64,000 nt of DNA. It comes from Amoebophrya sp. A120. Taxonomy: Eukaryota > Protista > Dinoflagellata. The position numbers and the translations under genes were made by a program. Below are positions 38,199 to 50,326 of this stretch, in pieces (the first letter of the stretch is position 1; the number at the start of each line of letters is the position of its first letter). The notes beneath the pieces are model-generated. The model worked only from the letters and a program-made list of their open reading frames with translations. It did no database searches and was not told the DNA's origin. The stretch covers positions 6,980,356-7,044,355 of the forward strand of contig CAJINV010000005.1 in the NCBI GenBank assembly GCA_905178155.1. The letters run 5' to 3'.

Positions 38199-40529
38199 CT
38201 ATATGTCCTCTGGGTCTATTGATGAAATAGAAATTCAAATACAAATAATCCTGCTGTGCATTAGCATTTTATTCCCAGGAAGATTATGGAGCTCCGACTG
38301 GACTATTGCCAGGATAACGACGGTATCACGTGCAAATTTGTCTGGGTCTGGAAAGGTTGCGCTTGTATTGCGTGTCTCGCATTCCTGAAAAATCTGTATT
38401 GCATATAGCAGCAAAAGCGCCGCACTTTCGTCATGCAAAGGCGCAGTGTGTAATGCGTGCTGAGCATGCGAAGGCGTTTGAAAAATGTGTGATGCTTCAC
38501 TGAATCTGATCACGACCGCGACCGCGGCCCCCTTGACGAATATATGCATGAATGCGAACTATGTATATGTCCTCTGGGTCTATTGATGAAATAGAAATTC
38601 AAAAAATACAAATAATCCTGCTGTGCATTAGCATTTTATTCCATTTCCTGCTTCACGAAGTAAATGCAAAATATAAATCCGGCTATGGTGTGGCTGTGGG
38701 ACGAGATTCATGTAAGCGCATAATAGCCAAATAAAATGAGTTATTAAAGCTCTGTTGCAACTTGGGCTTTGATAACTCACGGGTAGACTGCAACGTAGGG
38801 GTTGTAACAGTGCAGGGTTTAATAACTCACAGTAGACTGCAAGAACTTACGGGTAGGTTGTTATGTAGAGCCTAGACTTTTCCGTGGCCGGCACGACGCA
38901 GCTGCAGCGCAATGCGTTCGAACAACTATTGCGAGCCCAGGGGAACAAATTTTTGCAATGCATAGGACTCACTTCCGGGGGGCTCCGTTTGTACGCACGA
39001 ACACAAGCCCGTCAAATGCAGCGATGGCAAAACGTATGGCAATTCGTGCAAGGCTATCAAATGCAAATATCGGTCTGGGCTTGGAAAATGCAAGATTTGT
39101 CATGCCCGTAGACCACCAATGTCAGGCATCTGATGGACGACGACGGCGGGACGTCGCGACACGCATAAAAGTCTGGAACGTTACACACAGAACAAGCATC
39201 CTCAACACAGCCTTTGCGAGCCCTTCCTCATGCCTAATATAATTCTGCATGTTGTACAAATACAAAAATCCACCACCTTTCCTTGCCTAGCCCTAGCATT
39301 CATGAGGAAAGTAGAACTACTACTGGCGTTCACGCGGCAACACAGATTTGGATTTTTCGTTCGTGATTTCGCATGACAAGTTGAAGGTCTAGAAACAGAT
39401 TTTCGATATTTGCAATGCATGAAAGCTGAGAACGCTGGATACAAGAACTGCGACCCCGTGGACGAGGTCGAGAAGCGTCCTCCTTCTGGTTGTCCGAGGT
39501 TGTTGAAACCTGTTTTGTGCTATCCACAGGAAATTTCCCGTACACGTACAAGAATAAGAAATGCGGTTTCTGCATGACCAAGCTTGCCTAAGATACCACT
39601 TAGCATGAAGACCACGAATGGCGTGCTCTGGATTGGCGAAATTTGTGATGCATTTTGTACATGCACTACGGGAAATTTACTGTGGATAAGTGCTACGACA
39701 AGGAGTACCAGGACAATGGTGACGGGCCCCCAGAAAATTATTTATTTGACAATTTGTGCCTGGTATGCATTGCAAAAGTATCGTACTCATAGTACTAATT
39801 GAATTGCAGCCAACATGCATTTACAAATCTTTTTGTAGTAGAGGTAGATCTGCATTACAGATTCCATTTCTTATGCTGAGGTAATGCGTTATTTACTAGT
39901 AGTACGATTACGATACTTTTGATGCACTGCATACCTGGCTGAAAACGATGGGTTCGACGACTCGGACTGCGAGGAGATTGACCCCGCCGAGTCTATGGGG
40001 GTGCAGGATTGAAATCGTCAGAGTTGAAATTATTTCAAAGTTGACAAACTATTTAATAGTTTGTCATGCATAAAATCGACACCACTTGGAAGCCCAATTT
40101 CCGAGCGGCGCATGACAAATTTCGGCACCGTCCGTCCAAATCCAGTTCGTCATGCTGTTTGGGGACAGAAGGCGTCTTCTGTCATGCTACTTTAGCAGCT
40201 CTATCGAAGACCGCAAACAGGCTGACTGTCGGACTCACTTGCCATCCCTGCAAGAGAGGCACTTCATGTCTTGCAATTATTTCCACTTTGTCGATTTCAA
40301 TTCTGACGCATCCATAACTTTCACTCCTCCGCCGCCCGGCGAAACAACCTCCTGTTCAACCGTGTACCCAGAGTGCTCTAAGGAGGTTCCGTCAGACATG
40401 CCATTTGAACATTTTTTAAAACAATGCGAACTGGCGTGCTTTGGCGACTATCCCACCGCTTCCTATCCACCTTTCTATCCAAGCCTCAGAATGGAAATCC
40501 TCAAAGTGGAAATGATTTGTAACGCATGA
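37804..40529 (+). CDS. Probable secreted Kazal-type protease inhibitor-like protein, multi-exon; link between the first exon and 38964 uncertain
   Basis: Joined exons from about 38964: VCTHEHKPVKCSDGKTYGNSCKAENAGYKNC and CPRLLKPVLC...FDNLCLAENDG...C. Confidence 0.65.
39055..39421. mobile_element. Introner-like intron
   Basis: tatcaaatgcaaatatcg...cgatatttgcaatgcatg; TSD aaggc/aaagc. Confidence 0.8.
39521..39688. mobile_element. Introner-like intron, family B
   Basis: tatccacaggaaatttcccgta...tacgggaaatttactgtggata; TSD tgtgc/agtgc. Confidence 0.9.
39764..39933. mobile_element. Introner-like intron, family A
   Basis: tatgcattgc...gcactgcata; TSD cctgg. Confidence 0.9.
39994..40316. mobile_element. 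Introner-like intron, family D
   Basis: tatgggggtgcaggattgaaatcg...cgatttcaattctgacgcatccata; TSD lost, but removing element+5 keeps the frame. Confidence 0.85.
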
Positions 40530-40874
40530 AATGCGATGCAAAGAAGAGTTAGAGTGTATTCGCACAAGATGTAACGGCGGCCGACTGTAGTTGTCCTTCT
40601 ACGGGTACATCAAAGAACAATTGGGGTGCACGTGCAGCTGATTAATAGCACGAGAAAATAATATTAAACGCACCCCTTTGAAGATGTTGCCCTAAGCCTA
40701 ACCAGCATGACAGACATTTGCTTTGAGTTGTGCCCGGGAATATTAAATCTGTCGTGCGCCTACTACTAGACCGAATGGCAGTCCAACTGGAGTTGTGGTT
40801 CTTTTGCATTACTTACAAATTTATGTTCACCTTCACTTTGAGGACTACTTCTAGCCTGAGGCTTTCATACTTTC

Positions 40875-41915
40875 TTCGAGGACCCCCTGGAGATGATCGA
40901 GGAAAAGTTGGATATGCAGCGCTAATCTGTCTGGGTCTGGAACAAGGAAGGAACTTCTGATGCGTGTCTTGCAGGCATGCAAGAGCTGTGTAGTTGCATG
41001 TTGACCAGCAAAAGTGGGACCTTTTTTGTCATGCAGAGACGCACGACCGTATGAGAAAGCTCGGTAAAAGAAACTTGTCATGCTTGGCGGCACTTGGAAC
41101 CAACACGAACAAGTGGCTCAAGAACCTTCATCCGAGGTCGCTCAGCATCACAGGTTCTTACCAGACGCAGATCGATATTTGCGCTCGATACTGGCGTCGC
41201 TGGAAGAAAAAATTGACACGCTCGCGATATCCTATGTAAAAACGTCCCCACCCCATTGTCAAGATGGGGACTCGGCTAGACAACTCCACAAGTTTTGGCT
41301 GTTTTGCATGACAAAATTGGACTCGTATTTATTGTAGTCCTGTTCGAGGTAGCTCAGCAGCATCACAGATCTAGTATATCGCGCTGATTGGAGCATGACA
41401 AATTCCAAATCACGACTGGAAAACTCTTCTCACGGGGCTCCGCATGAGAAACATTTTCAGCATGCAGACTTGCGTGACAACTCTAGGGTGGGGACGTTTT
41501 TACACAGGATACGCGACGCAAAAAAGCGACATCACTGGCGCCGTGTTTCAAAACGTCAAGACGGGCATTATGGCGTTCTCAAATGTTACATTCTCAACTG
41601 TTACATGAATTTGTAACTCAAGAACGGCAAAAGTGAATGGGGGAACGGGAAGCAGAAGCTTGCGCCTTTTGCATTACAGATTTGGCACAGATTTACATGC
41701 TGTTTAGCCTCTTCGGAGATTTGTCATGCGAAGTAACTTAGTGGTGGCGATCTTGGTGGCAAATTTGCATGACAAATCATGTAACAGTTGAGAATGTAAG
41801 AACATTTGAGAATTCCATAGGCACGGGCTGGTTTCGCGGACAGGAAACGCCACGTGAGACTCCTGAGACTATGGGTCCGCCGCCGCCGCCGACGCCCATG
41901 CCCCTTCGACGTTGA
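40875..41915 (+). CDS. Small multi-exon hypothetical protein, 5' end undefined
   Basis: FEDPLEMIEEKLESLEEKIDTLATQKSDITGAVFQNVKTG...WFRGQETP reconstructed across 3 TIR introns. Confidence 0.55.
40913..41190. mobile_element. Introner-like intron, family F-like
   Basis: tatgcagcgc...gcgctcgata; TSD ttgga/ctggc. Confidence 0.75.
41228..41511. mobile_element. Introner-like intron, family H
   Basis: tatcctatgtaaaaacgtccccacc/ggtggggacgtttttacacaggata; TSD cgcga. Confidence 0.92.
41569..41819. mobile_element. Introner-like intron, family G
   Basis: tatggcgttctcaaatgtt...aacatttgagaattccata; TSD ggcat/ggcac. Confidence 0.9.
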
Positions 41916-43657
41916 AGTGGACAGCTAGTACCTTAGCACCAATCGAGCGAAGGAGTCGAGGAGCCGTTTCAGGATTTAAGTATTTGCTCAACATGATCCG
42001 CTACAAACTAACAAGTCAACGCACCACAGCACTACAAATTTAGAAGCCAAGCAAGATCTTGAAGTCTTTGCTTTTTTGCGTATGAAAGAGCTTTGTTTTA
42101 CAAATGCAAATGCTTCACCGAAAACAATATGCCCCGTCTACATTAATGTTATAACTGTTATTCTTGTTTCTTTAGAGCAACCACATTTCGACACGGTTTT
42201 TCGAACTACGACAGCACCTAAAAACAATTTATCAAAAGCTTTCTTATCTGAAAATGAATTTCTGTTTATGTTTGTTCTGAAAGCCGGACACTTTTTTCTA
42301 CAGCAAAGTAAGTATCGCTCTTGAAGATGGACTGACCACGACTAGTATTTTGTTATTCGATTTGCTTTTCTTATTCAGATGTGTGACGACCCAAAAAGAC
42401 AAAAAGCAAGGGCGGGTATCCCCCGTAGCTCAGCAAGAGCAGCGGGTATCCCCCGTAGGTCGTGAGCAGCCTCTGCTTTGTTTTCTGGAGATGAAGTAGT
42501 CCTCAACGCGTACAAAAATATTTCTAACCCCCAGCCTCGTATTGCCAATGTTAAACTAAAAACAATTTACCGAACAAAGTCTAGTGCGTCGCAGCAGGCA
42601 AGAATAAGAAATGCATCTACTCTAGTACTAGTGCTTGCACTGAAAAAGGATGTCGAAACGCTTCATGTACCCCAAGTTGCCAGGCATCAGTTTTGCGACA
42701 ACTAAGAGTAAGATGACAAAGCGAACGCGACGAGCACCCGCCCCAACCCAAGAAGACCGTGAACAGCCCCCACATTTTGAAACGTAAAAAACACACCAGC
42801 TGCACGGCGGTAGCTCTTCTAGCTGACAGAAGTCCGCTAGGGAGTCATCTTTTCTCAGGCGGTTGATGGTCGTGCTGGAGGAGGTGATGTCGGAAAAATC
42901 GTCGGGTTCCACTTGCAGTTCCGATCGCAGTTGTTTATCTTTATATCTACTTCAGCAGCAGTTCCACCACTTCGACGTCTTTCTCCTCGTAGTTCCCCTG
43001 TAATATTCTCCACGTTGTGCACGTGGTGGCGCATCGTGTAATTTGTATATAGCTGTTTTGTTGTGCGTTGATCACGGCTTCTGCGTGTCCTGCTTTCCAA
43101 ATCATTTTGCACCCAGCACGAGGAGCTGTGCAAGTAGAACTAAATCGGAAAAGCCGCTTTGATAGAAGTTGAAGGCCACCTCGTCCAAGCGATCGTGTTG
43201 TTTCCATCGAAGATTTTTCATATCGTGCAACTAGTGTGAAAAGCAAATGGAAGATCTCATAGTCATACTAGACACAGTTGTGCTGATTCGTCTGATGCAG
43301 ATGCCACTGTCGACCTCGACTCCGTCGCTCCACCTGTTTCGTCCATTTGGATTTGGTCGTTCTTTCTATCGTTCAGGACGTAAATACAGCAGCTAGTAAG
43401 GTCTAAATCAATCTGTTTCAAACCAAAACTACGACATGACTTTCATCGCTCGGCGCAGGAAACAACTTCAACTAAAACCCCGCGGCCCTTTTCTGAAGGG
43501 ATAAAGGACTCTTCTTCATCGTTTATTTCATTGCGATCACTAGATCTAGAATTCAAGCCAAATCAAATCTGTCAAGTTTTTAAAGGCCTTCATCTCGTCG
43601 AACCAATTGTTTCGCTGTCCTGGTGTACTAAAGTAGAGGGACAACTACAAGACTAAA

Positions 43658-45317
43658 ATGACGGTGCTCTCGAAGATGATGTCCTCGTCGACGACGAACA
43701 ACCCAAAGCTGCAGCGCCGGACCACAGCGAGTTCCGGTCGTGCCGTTGCACTGGCAACACAACTTCTCCTCGCGTCGTCCTCCAGTACAACTTCGTTCGC
43801 CACCGCCGCGAAAGTCGGGAAGAACACGAACAAGAGTCTTCTCCTGTCAACAAACACCAAGAGCAACCTCCGTGGAGGTGGTGGTGCAGCTACTAGTGCA
43901 AGCGCCAGCACTCGTCCTGATGTCGCTCCGCTATTGCAGAAGAAAATCAAGACAGCCACCGCGGTCGTGGACGACGAGATGTTGAAAGATGCTGAGAAGT
44001 CCGCCGAAGCTGCAACTGCTTTTGCGGAAATCGCTCAGGAGAAGAAGCGCATGACAACTCTTGATGCGGACGATGATGATGGTGATGATGATGACGGTGA
44101 TGGTTCTGGATCTGATGATGACGATGGCAACGACGATGATGATGGTGATTATGATGATGGTATGGATTGTAAAAAGGTCTGGGTCTGGATGGTTGGAACT
44201 TGTAATGCTAACTTTCCATACCCAGAAAATCTGTATTGCATAACCGACAAAAGTCGCAGCCTCCTTTGTCATGCAAAAACGCAGTTTCTCATGCGGATTG
44301 CCTATGAGAAAGCGTTTTGGAAAGTTGTCATGCCGGACTGCATTCGGAAGTGTTTGCATCATGCACATTTTAGCATCACAAGTTTCCAGACCCAGACACT
44401 TTTGCATTTGATAGATGACGGTGAAGATGACGAGGAGTACCCTAGCAACGATGATGACGGTATCCTCAGTAAAAACGTACCCACACCATAGTTGTCATGC
44501 AAATCTGCATGCTTAAAATGTTTCTCATGCGGAGCCCCATGAGAAGCATTTTCTAATGGTGTTTTGAAATTTGTCATGCTCCAATTAGCATGAGAGACTA
44601 GATCTGTAGTGCTGCTGAACTAGCTCAAACAGCACTACACTACGCGTCCAGATTTGTCATGCGAAACAGCCAAAGCTTGTGGATTTGTCTAGCCGATTCC
44701 CCATCTTGACTATGGGGTGGGTACGTTTTTACATAGGATAGACGGTACCGAGTACGGTGGTGGCGGGGGTAGTTCATCCTCGACCCAGCCGTCGCTTCAC
44801 GAAGGGGTAGAAGCCGCCAAGGACTACATGGATTCCGAACTGGACAAGATGAAGAAAAACGTCGGCAACGCGTTGGACCAAACTGTGGACACCCTTGCGC
44901 AGCAAGCTATGGCATTCTCAAACGTTACATTCTCGACTTTAACATGAATTTGCAATGCAAGAATGGTAAAAGTCAAAGGGCGTACATTGGGCCTCTAGTA
45001 TTAATTACAAATTCGGCACATGTTATTTCAATGCTGTTTAGACCTTCAAAAATTTGTCATGCGCAGCAGCTTCATCGTGTGGATGTTGATGCTAATTTCG
45101 CATGACAAATCATGCACCAGGTGAGAGCGTAACGTCTGGGAATGCCATACAAGCTACCCAGGCCCAGGAGATTCAGAAGGAGGAAACCCATCGTGCGCAA
45201 GAGCAGGCCGAAAAACGGATCGATGCCGCTATCGGGGAACAAGTGCGTCAGGGCGGTGGGCAGGAGGTTCAAATGGTGGCGGAGAAGCCGATTGAGGCAC
45301 CCTTGATGGGCCGCTAA
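43658..45317 (+). CDS. Hypothetical secreted Asp-rich protein, 4 exons
   Basis: Hydrophobic segment AVALATQLLLA, NLRG motif, D-rich tract; three TIR introns restore the frame. Confidence 0.75.
44161..44413. mobile_element. Introner-like intron, family F
   Basis: Close to 11648-11911; TSD gatgg/gatga. Confidence 0.9.
44461..44740. mobile_element. Introner-like intron, family H (opposite orientation to 41228-41511)
   Basis: tatcctcagtaaaaacgtaccca/tgggtacgtttttacataggata; TSD gacgg. Confidence 0.92.
44908..45149. mobile_element. Introner-like intron, family G
   Basis: tatggcattc...gaatgccata; TSD caagc. Confidence 0.9.
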
Positions 45318-47619
45318 ACGGAGGACCATAAAAGCTAGCGGCACCACTGCACCGATATTTGATGCTTCTTCGCAACTGAAACTTTTTCAGAATAACGCTA
45401 AGATCACCCGTAGCACTTGTTTCCGATTTTGAATTTCGTTTTCGATTTTGAAGTTCCTTTTTCTTTCTTGTTCATCCTTATCCATCACTACAACGTAGCA
45501 CAACATCTACGTATGACTCTTTTAGCTTTACCATCATTGCTCGAAGATCCCTCAAATATTCGCATGCTTCATCTTCCAATTTCAATCCATAAAGCCACAC
45601 AGGTGCTAGAGCTCGGCTTTCATTCGTTCCCCGATTTATGCTTTTGCTTGTGAAAGTTAAATTACTTCAAGGTTGTCCGCCCAAAGAAGAACCGCGTAGC
45701 CCAACCTGCATTTCACTCACAAATAAATGCAGGACGACAGCAAATTCATTCCCTATCCCTTCAAGACCGGCGCACATAAAATTTTTGGCAGCCCTCCTGT
45801 CTATAATCTTCATTCCCCTCATATCTATCATATCATGCCCCTAATTGCAACTACTACCAGGACGAGGACGACCCTGGGTAAAAATACTTCCGCACTTCTC
45901 AATGAAGTAAGACGAGCTACTAGCCTTTCGGAAAGTAGAACATAGTAGCGGCAAGTTGTTGTGCCCATAGACGAAGATCGCAAGAACCTTTATAAACCCC
46001 GTAGCCCGGGACGAGTACAACCACCCACACAACATGATTTCCCAACGGCACCCTAGATGAAACTTAGTGTATATATTTTCCTGCACTGTTCTTGGGTTTC
46101 AACCGCGCCGCCGTTGTGCAGCTGTCGACTCTTTGACTCGTCCTCGTGACCTCTATTCTTGAATTTGTCGTAACTGGTTTTTCGTTCTTTGGCAGCAATT
46201 TTGATTTTTCGTTCCAGCGTTACGTATTGTAAGTAGTTCAGCGTCCTCCAGGTAGACCTTTCGTACACCTCTGTCGTCGTGAACTTGATATATCCACGTA
46301 GAATTGGTATACAAGAACTTCTTGCGGCTGTACCGACAGAGCCTTGATCTTTTGATTTTGATTTTGTCCAAAATAAATGTTGCAGGAAAGAAGACTCAAC
46401 TACTTCTGCTGCCAGGTTCACACCATTTGCTGTTTTTCACACCTTTGCTGTTTTCGTCAAGACCCACTTTTCTAAGGTTGATCCACCTCTTCTCAATTTA
46501 CTTACAACAACCTCCCCAGCCGCTACTTGTGGTTCGGAAACAACTCAGCCTCGAACGAAATAGATCATCTGCGCTCGGAAGTAGAAAATCAGAAGCCAAA
46601 TCATGCCGAAAAAGACTACTAACTTGCTCGCCGGCGCGCAGGTCGTGGCCGCTTTGAAGCAGGCCGGTGAAGATGTCGAGGGCCGCCAGAACGTGGCGGA
46701 GAAGTCGCTCGCGAAGGGGGGGGGGGGGCGATTGGCGTCGTCCATTCCCCGCGCACTTCCAAGGTGATGGAGGACCGTGCAGGTACAGACTAGCTTTTGA
46801 TAGAGAGCGCCGCTCTTTTGCAATACAAGACTAAGCACACGCTCAAGTAGCCAAAATCTTCCACGGATAAGATAGAAACGCCGTCGCTCTTCGTCGTTTT
46901 CATTTTCTGCATGCAGAATTCTTTTTTCTCATCATCCTAAGGTAAATCGACGGTAAGCGTGAGGAATCAACTACAATACTTTAATGGCCTTGGGGAACAC
47001 GTCGTCTCGACCGGATTCCTGCAAGTCTTGGAGGATGCGAAGAGGAAGACGACGCCTCGTGTGGGGATGACCAAGAAGCCCTGCCCTCATGACAAATGGG
47101 CCGACGATCGCAAGCCGGAAGACGCTTGTGAATGTGACGGCGTGAATTATTTTGTCAGGTGGGCCGATTTTCATACGTATTACAAGTGCTATGAATCTTG
47201 TTCCGCTCTCGGTGAAGGAAGGAAGGAGGACTAAGATGGAGACGCCACCTGGCCAGGCTGGGAGCCACGGTGCTATCCGCTTGGAATGGACGACCATAGC
47301 ATTCTTGGGGATTCGAAGATGAAATGCAACATGGACAAAGACAACACAAACTGCGTCGATAGCAGTGACCGCGGAGAGGTGGAGGGCGGTCTGAAGACTG
47401 CGGAAAACATTAGTATGTGAAAGTCGCGGGCCTACGCTTCGTCAGCTTATCTGGCTAGAAAAAGTAAAATAAAGCGAACCCTTTGACTATTTTAACATAA
47501 AGCACGACTTCCAGCACCTATACGTGTACGTTGATTAATTTTTCCATTCAAAAACCACCCAAAAATCAAACTTTTTTTATCTGCAAAAAATATGAACAAC
47601 AGCTCCACAAATTTTCAGA

Positions 47620-48670
47620 CGTGCGTCAGGGCGGTGGGCAGGAGGTTCAAATGGTCACGGAGAGACCGATTGAGGCACCCTTGATGGGCCACTAAACGGA
47701 CCATGTGACTCTTCCTGTTGCTTCCCCCCAGTTGTTTAAGTACAATAAAAAGTATGTGAAAATAAACATATACCACTTCTATTCAGAACTACGTAGACTA
47801 AATGCAACGCTAAGATCATCAATACCCGCAGCACGTTTATCGTGATTTTGAATTTCGATTTTTGAGTTACTTTTTCTTTCTTGTTCATCCATCACTACAA
47901 CGTAGCACAACTTCTATGTTGACTCTTTTACCATCAGCACTTGATTCCTGCAATATTATCATGCTTCATCCAATTTCAATCCATAAAGCCACACAGTAGC
48001 TAGAGCTCTGCTTTCATTTATTTCCGATTTATAGACATTTTTGTTTGTTAAACTAGTTGAAAGTTGTATGTCAAGAGAAGAACCGCGTAGCCCAACCTGC
48101 ATTTCCCCAACACATAAATGCAGGAGGAGGACAGTAAACTTATTCCCTTCAATGCCCCCGCACATAAAAGCGGCAGCCCTCCTGTTTGAGTCTATCATCC
48201 CCGCCCTCATATCATTCCCCGAATTGCAACTGCTACCAAGACGTCAACTCCCCGTAAAAGTACTTCCGCACCACTTCTCGCATATCCTGCCGGAAAGTAG
48301 AAAAGTTGTTGTGCCCATCTTGGAAAAAGATCGCAACCCTCGTAATCCCTGTAACCCGGGACGAGTACAACCACACACACAACATGATTTCCCACCCGAG
48401 ATGAAACTTCGCGCATTCATTTTTCCGCAATGTTGCGTCTCACCCGGGCCGTGCAAGAAGAAGAACTGTCGACGATGCGTCTGCAATGTTGCTTCCTCGT
48501 TCGCTTTCTTCATGTTGAACTTGTCGTATTTGATTCATTTTTCGTCCTTATTTCGCTTCGCAATAATTTTTCGTACCGGCGTTTTTATTTCTACCTGCTC
48601 ATCGTCCAGTTCGTTCTTGTAGACCTTTCTTCGTACTTCTTTGTCGTTGTAGTCGTGAACTTCATACGAA
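47620..48670 (+). repeat. Diverged duplicate of about 45244-46290
   Basis: Shared gtgcgtcagggcggtgggcaggaggttcaaatgg and aagaagaaccgcgtagcccaacctgcattt blocks in collinear order. Confidence 0.85.
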
Positions 48671-48879
48671 GATTATAAATTGCTGCACGACCGGAACGGG
48701 AAGGGCACATAACCTGTTGGCAGCGAACCACTACACCCACGTGGTAACCACGTTCTTCAAAAAACGATATACACAGAGCCGTGCTTTTCCTTCAACCAAC
48801 TTTCATGAAGTACTTCGTTTGAGTCTTTGTTATTGTCATTTCTTGAGCAGGAAGACGAACTCCAACTCGTCCTCACGTT

Positions 48880-50326
48880 TTGGAAAAAATACGACCTCCC
48901 GAGCTCGTCCCATTTTTGCAACTAATTGTTGTCAAAAATATCACCGCGTTGACCTGCTCGACGAGGACCTGTACCTCAGTAACAGAAAACCAAGCCACCT
49001 CTTTCGCGGAAATAAGCAGCAAAATGTCCTTTTCAAAACTACTTTGCAAACTCTTTGCAACCTCCATTGTTTTTGATCAGGTTTTAGTACAACTCGCAGC
49101 TTCAGCTTCTGCGGCTTCCCGGTTCAGGACGAGAAGAACGGAGAAACATCAAAGTAGTCTTCAAACAGCGCCGCGGCAAACTAAGAGCTCGGAAAACGAG
49201 AACCTGGTGCAACAGATTCGAAGCACCAAGGAGAAAGTTTTCCAGTTGCAAGTTCTTGTAAGGAACCAGGATGACAAAGCGAAATCACGGCTAGAAGAAT
49301 TGCTGAAAATAAATACCGTGGGCGAAAATTCAGAGCGTACCGAGGACGCTTCTTCTACTTCTTCACGTAGTAGTTCTACTTTATCATCATCCCAGGCCGC
49401 GACCTTTTCCTTTCTCGAACGGGAAATCAAGAAGGGATCGCGGGAAATCGCCTCGGCGATAGAGCAGGAGAAGAACAAAATCATTTCAAAACTGGATGCA
49501 GGGGAAGAACTTCTCGAGAACCAGATGAAGAACTTCCAAGCCCTTCTGCAGAAAAATTTCGCGCGGGAGGAGGAAAACTGGCACTGGTTTTGGCTCGGGG
49601 GAACGAATGAGTATAGAAGGAGAAACGGTGATCATCCGACATGATCATGGACTAAAGAAAAATCGCAGCATACCCTCGCGGAAAGGGTATTTTTTTTTAC
49701 GGACCGCAGAAATGACACAGCTTTTCCCAGGGTGTGGCAGTGTTCATTGGGCATATTATGCGAACAGTGTTGAAGCTGAGAAAGGCCGACAAAGGACGGG
49801 CGCTTTTGGGGCCGCAGGTGTTTAGTTTTCATTGTCCGAGGCACAGAGCTGGGCTCGCACCACGCGGGGGATGACAATCCAAACGAACCTGCTCAACGCC
49901 ATGGCCCCGACCCTCTTCAAGCGCCGCGCTCCGGCCGAGGTAAGAGCGCTCGACGACCAAAACGCGCGGGCGCTCGTGGCCAGGTGGGAAGAGTGGTAGG
50001 CTTCATGCGTCCAGCAACAATGAAAACGAAGCACCTGCGGCCCCCAAAGCGCCCGGCCATTGTCGGCCCTTCCCATCTTCGCATAATATGCGCAGTGAGC
50101 ACTGCCACACCCTGCGAAAAGCTGCGCCATTTCTTCGGTCCGTAAAAAAAAACCCGTTCCGCGAGGGTGTGCTGCGATTTTTCTTTGGTAGATGATCACT
50201 GTCGGCGATCACCATTTCTCCTTCTATAATGAGGATGGAACGGAGGAAAAGGGGGTAAACGAGAAAATGGACGAGATTCTCGGGCATTGGAAGTACTACA
50301 ACGACTTTCCGGTGGAGGGCGGTTGA
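48880..50326 (+). CDS. Hypothetical coiled-coil protein with NWxWFWxGG motif, 2 exons
   Basis: ORF 48880-49644 continues as TNE-DGTEEKGVNEKMDEILGHWKYY after removing 49612-50228; start uncertain. Confidence 0.75.
49612..50228. mobile_element. Foldback-like intron with about 220-bp TIRs and a coding-like spacer
   Basis: Arms 49612-49835 and 50017-50228 are imperfect reverse complements; TAT/ATA ends; TSD atgag; empty site at 51126-51130. Confidence 0.93.

Noticed and set aside
44065-44160. GAT microsatellite-like tracts (also about 52440-52500 and 62205-62240)
   Set aside because: They encode poly-Asp within exons; not independent features.
46600-47234. Possible small gene with GT-AG introns and a poly-G run
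   Set aside because: Frame across the homopolymer is ambiguous and no homology is recognisable.
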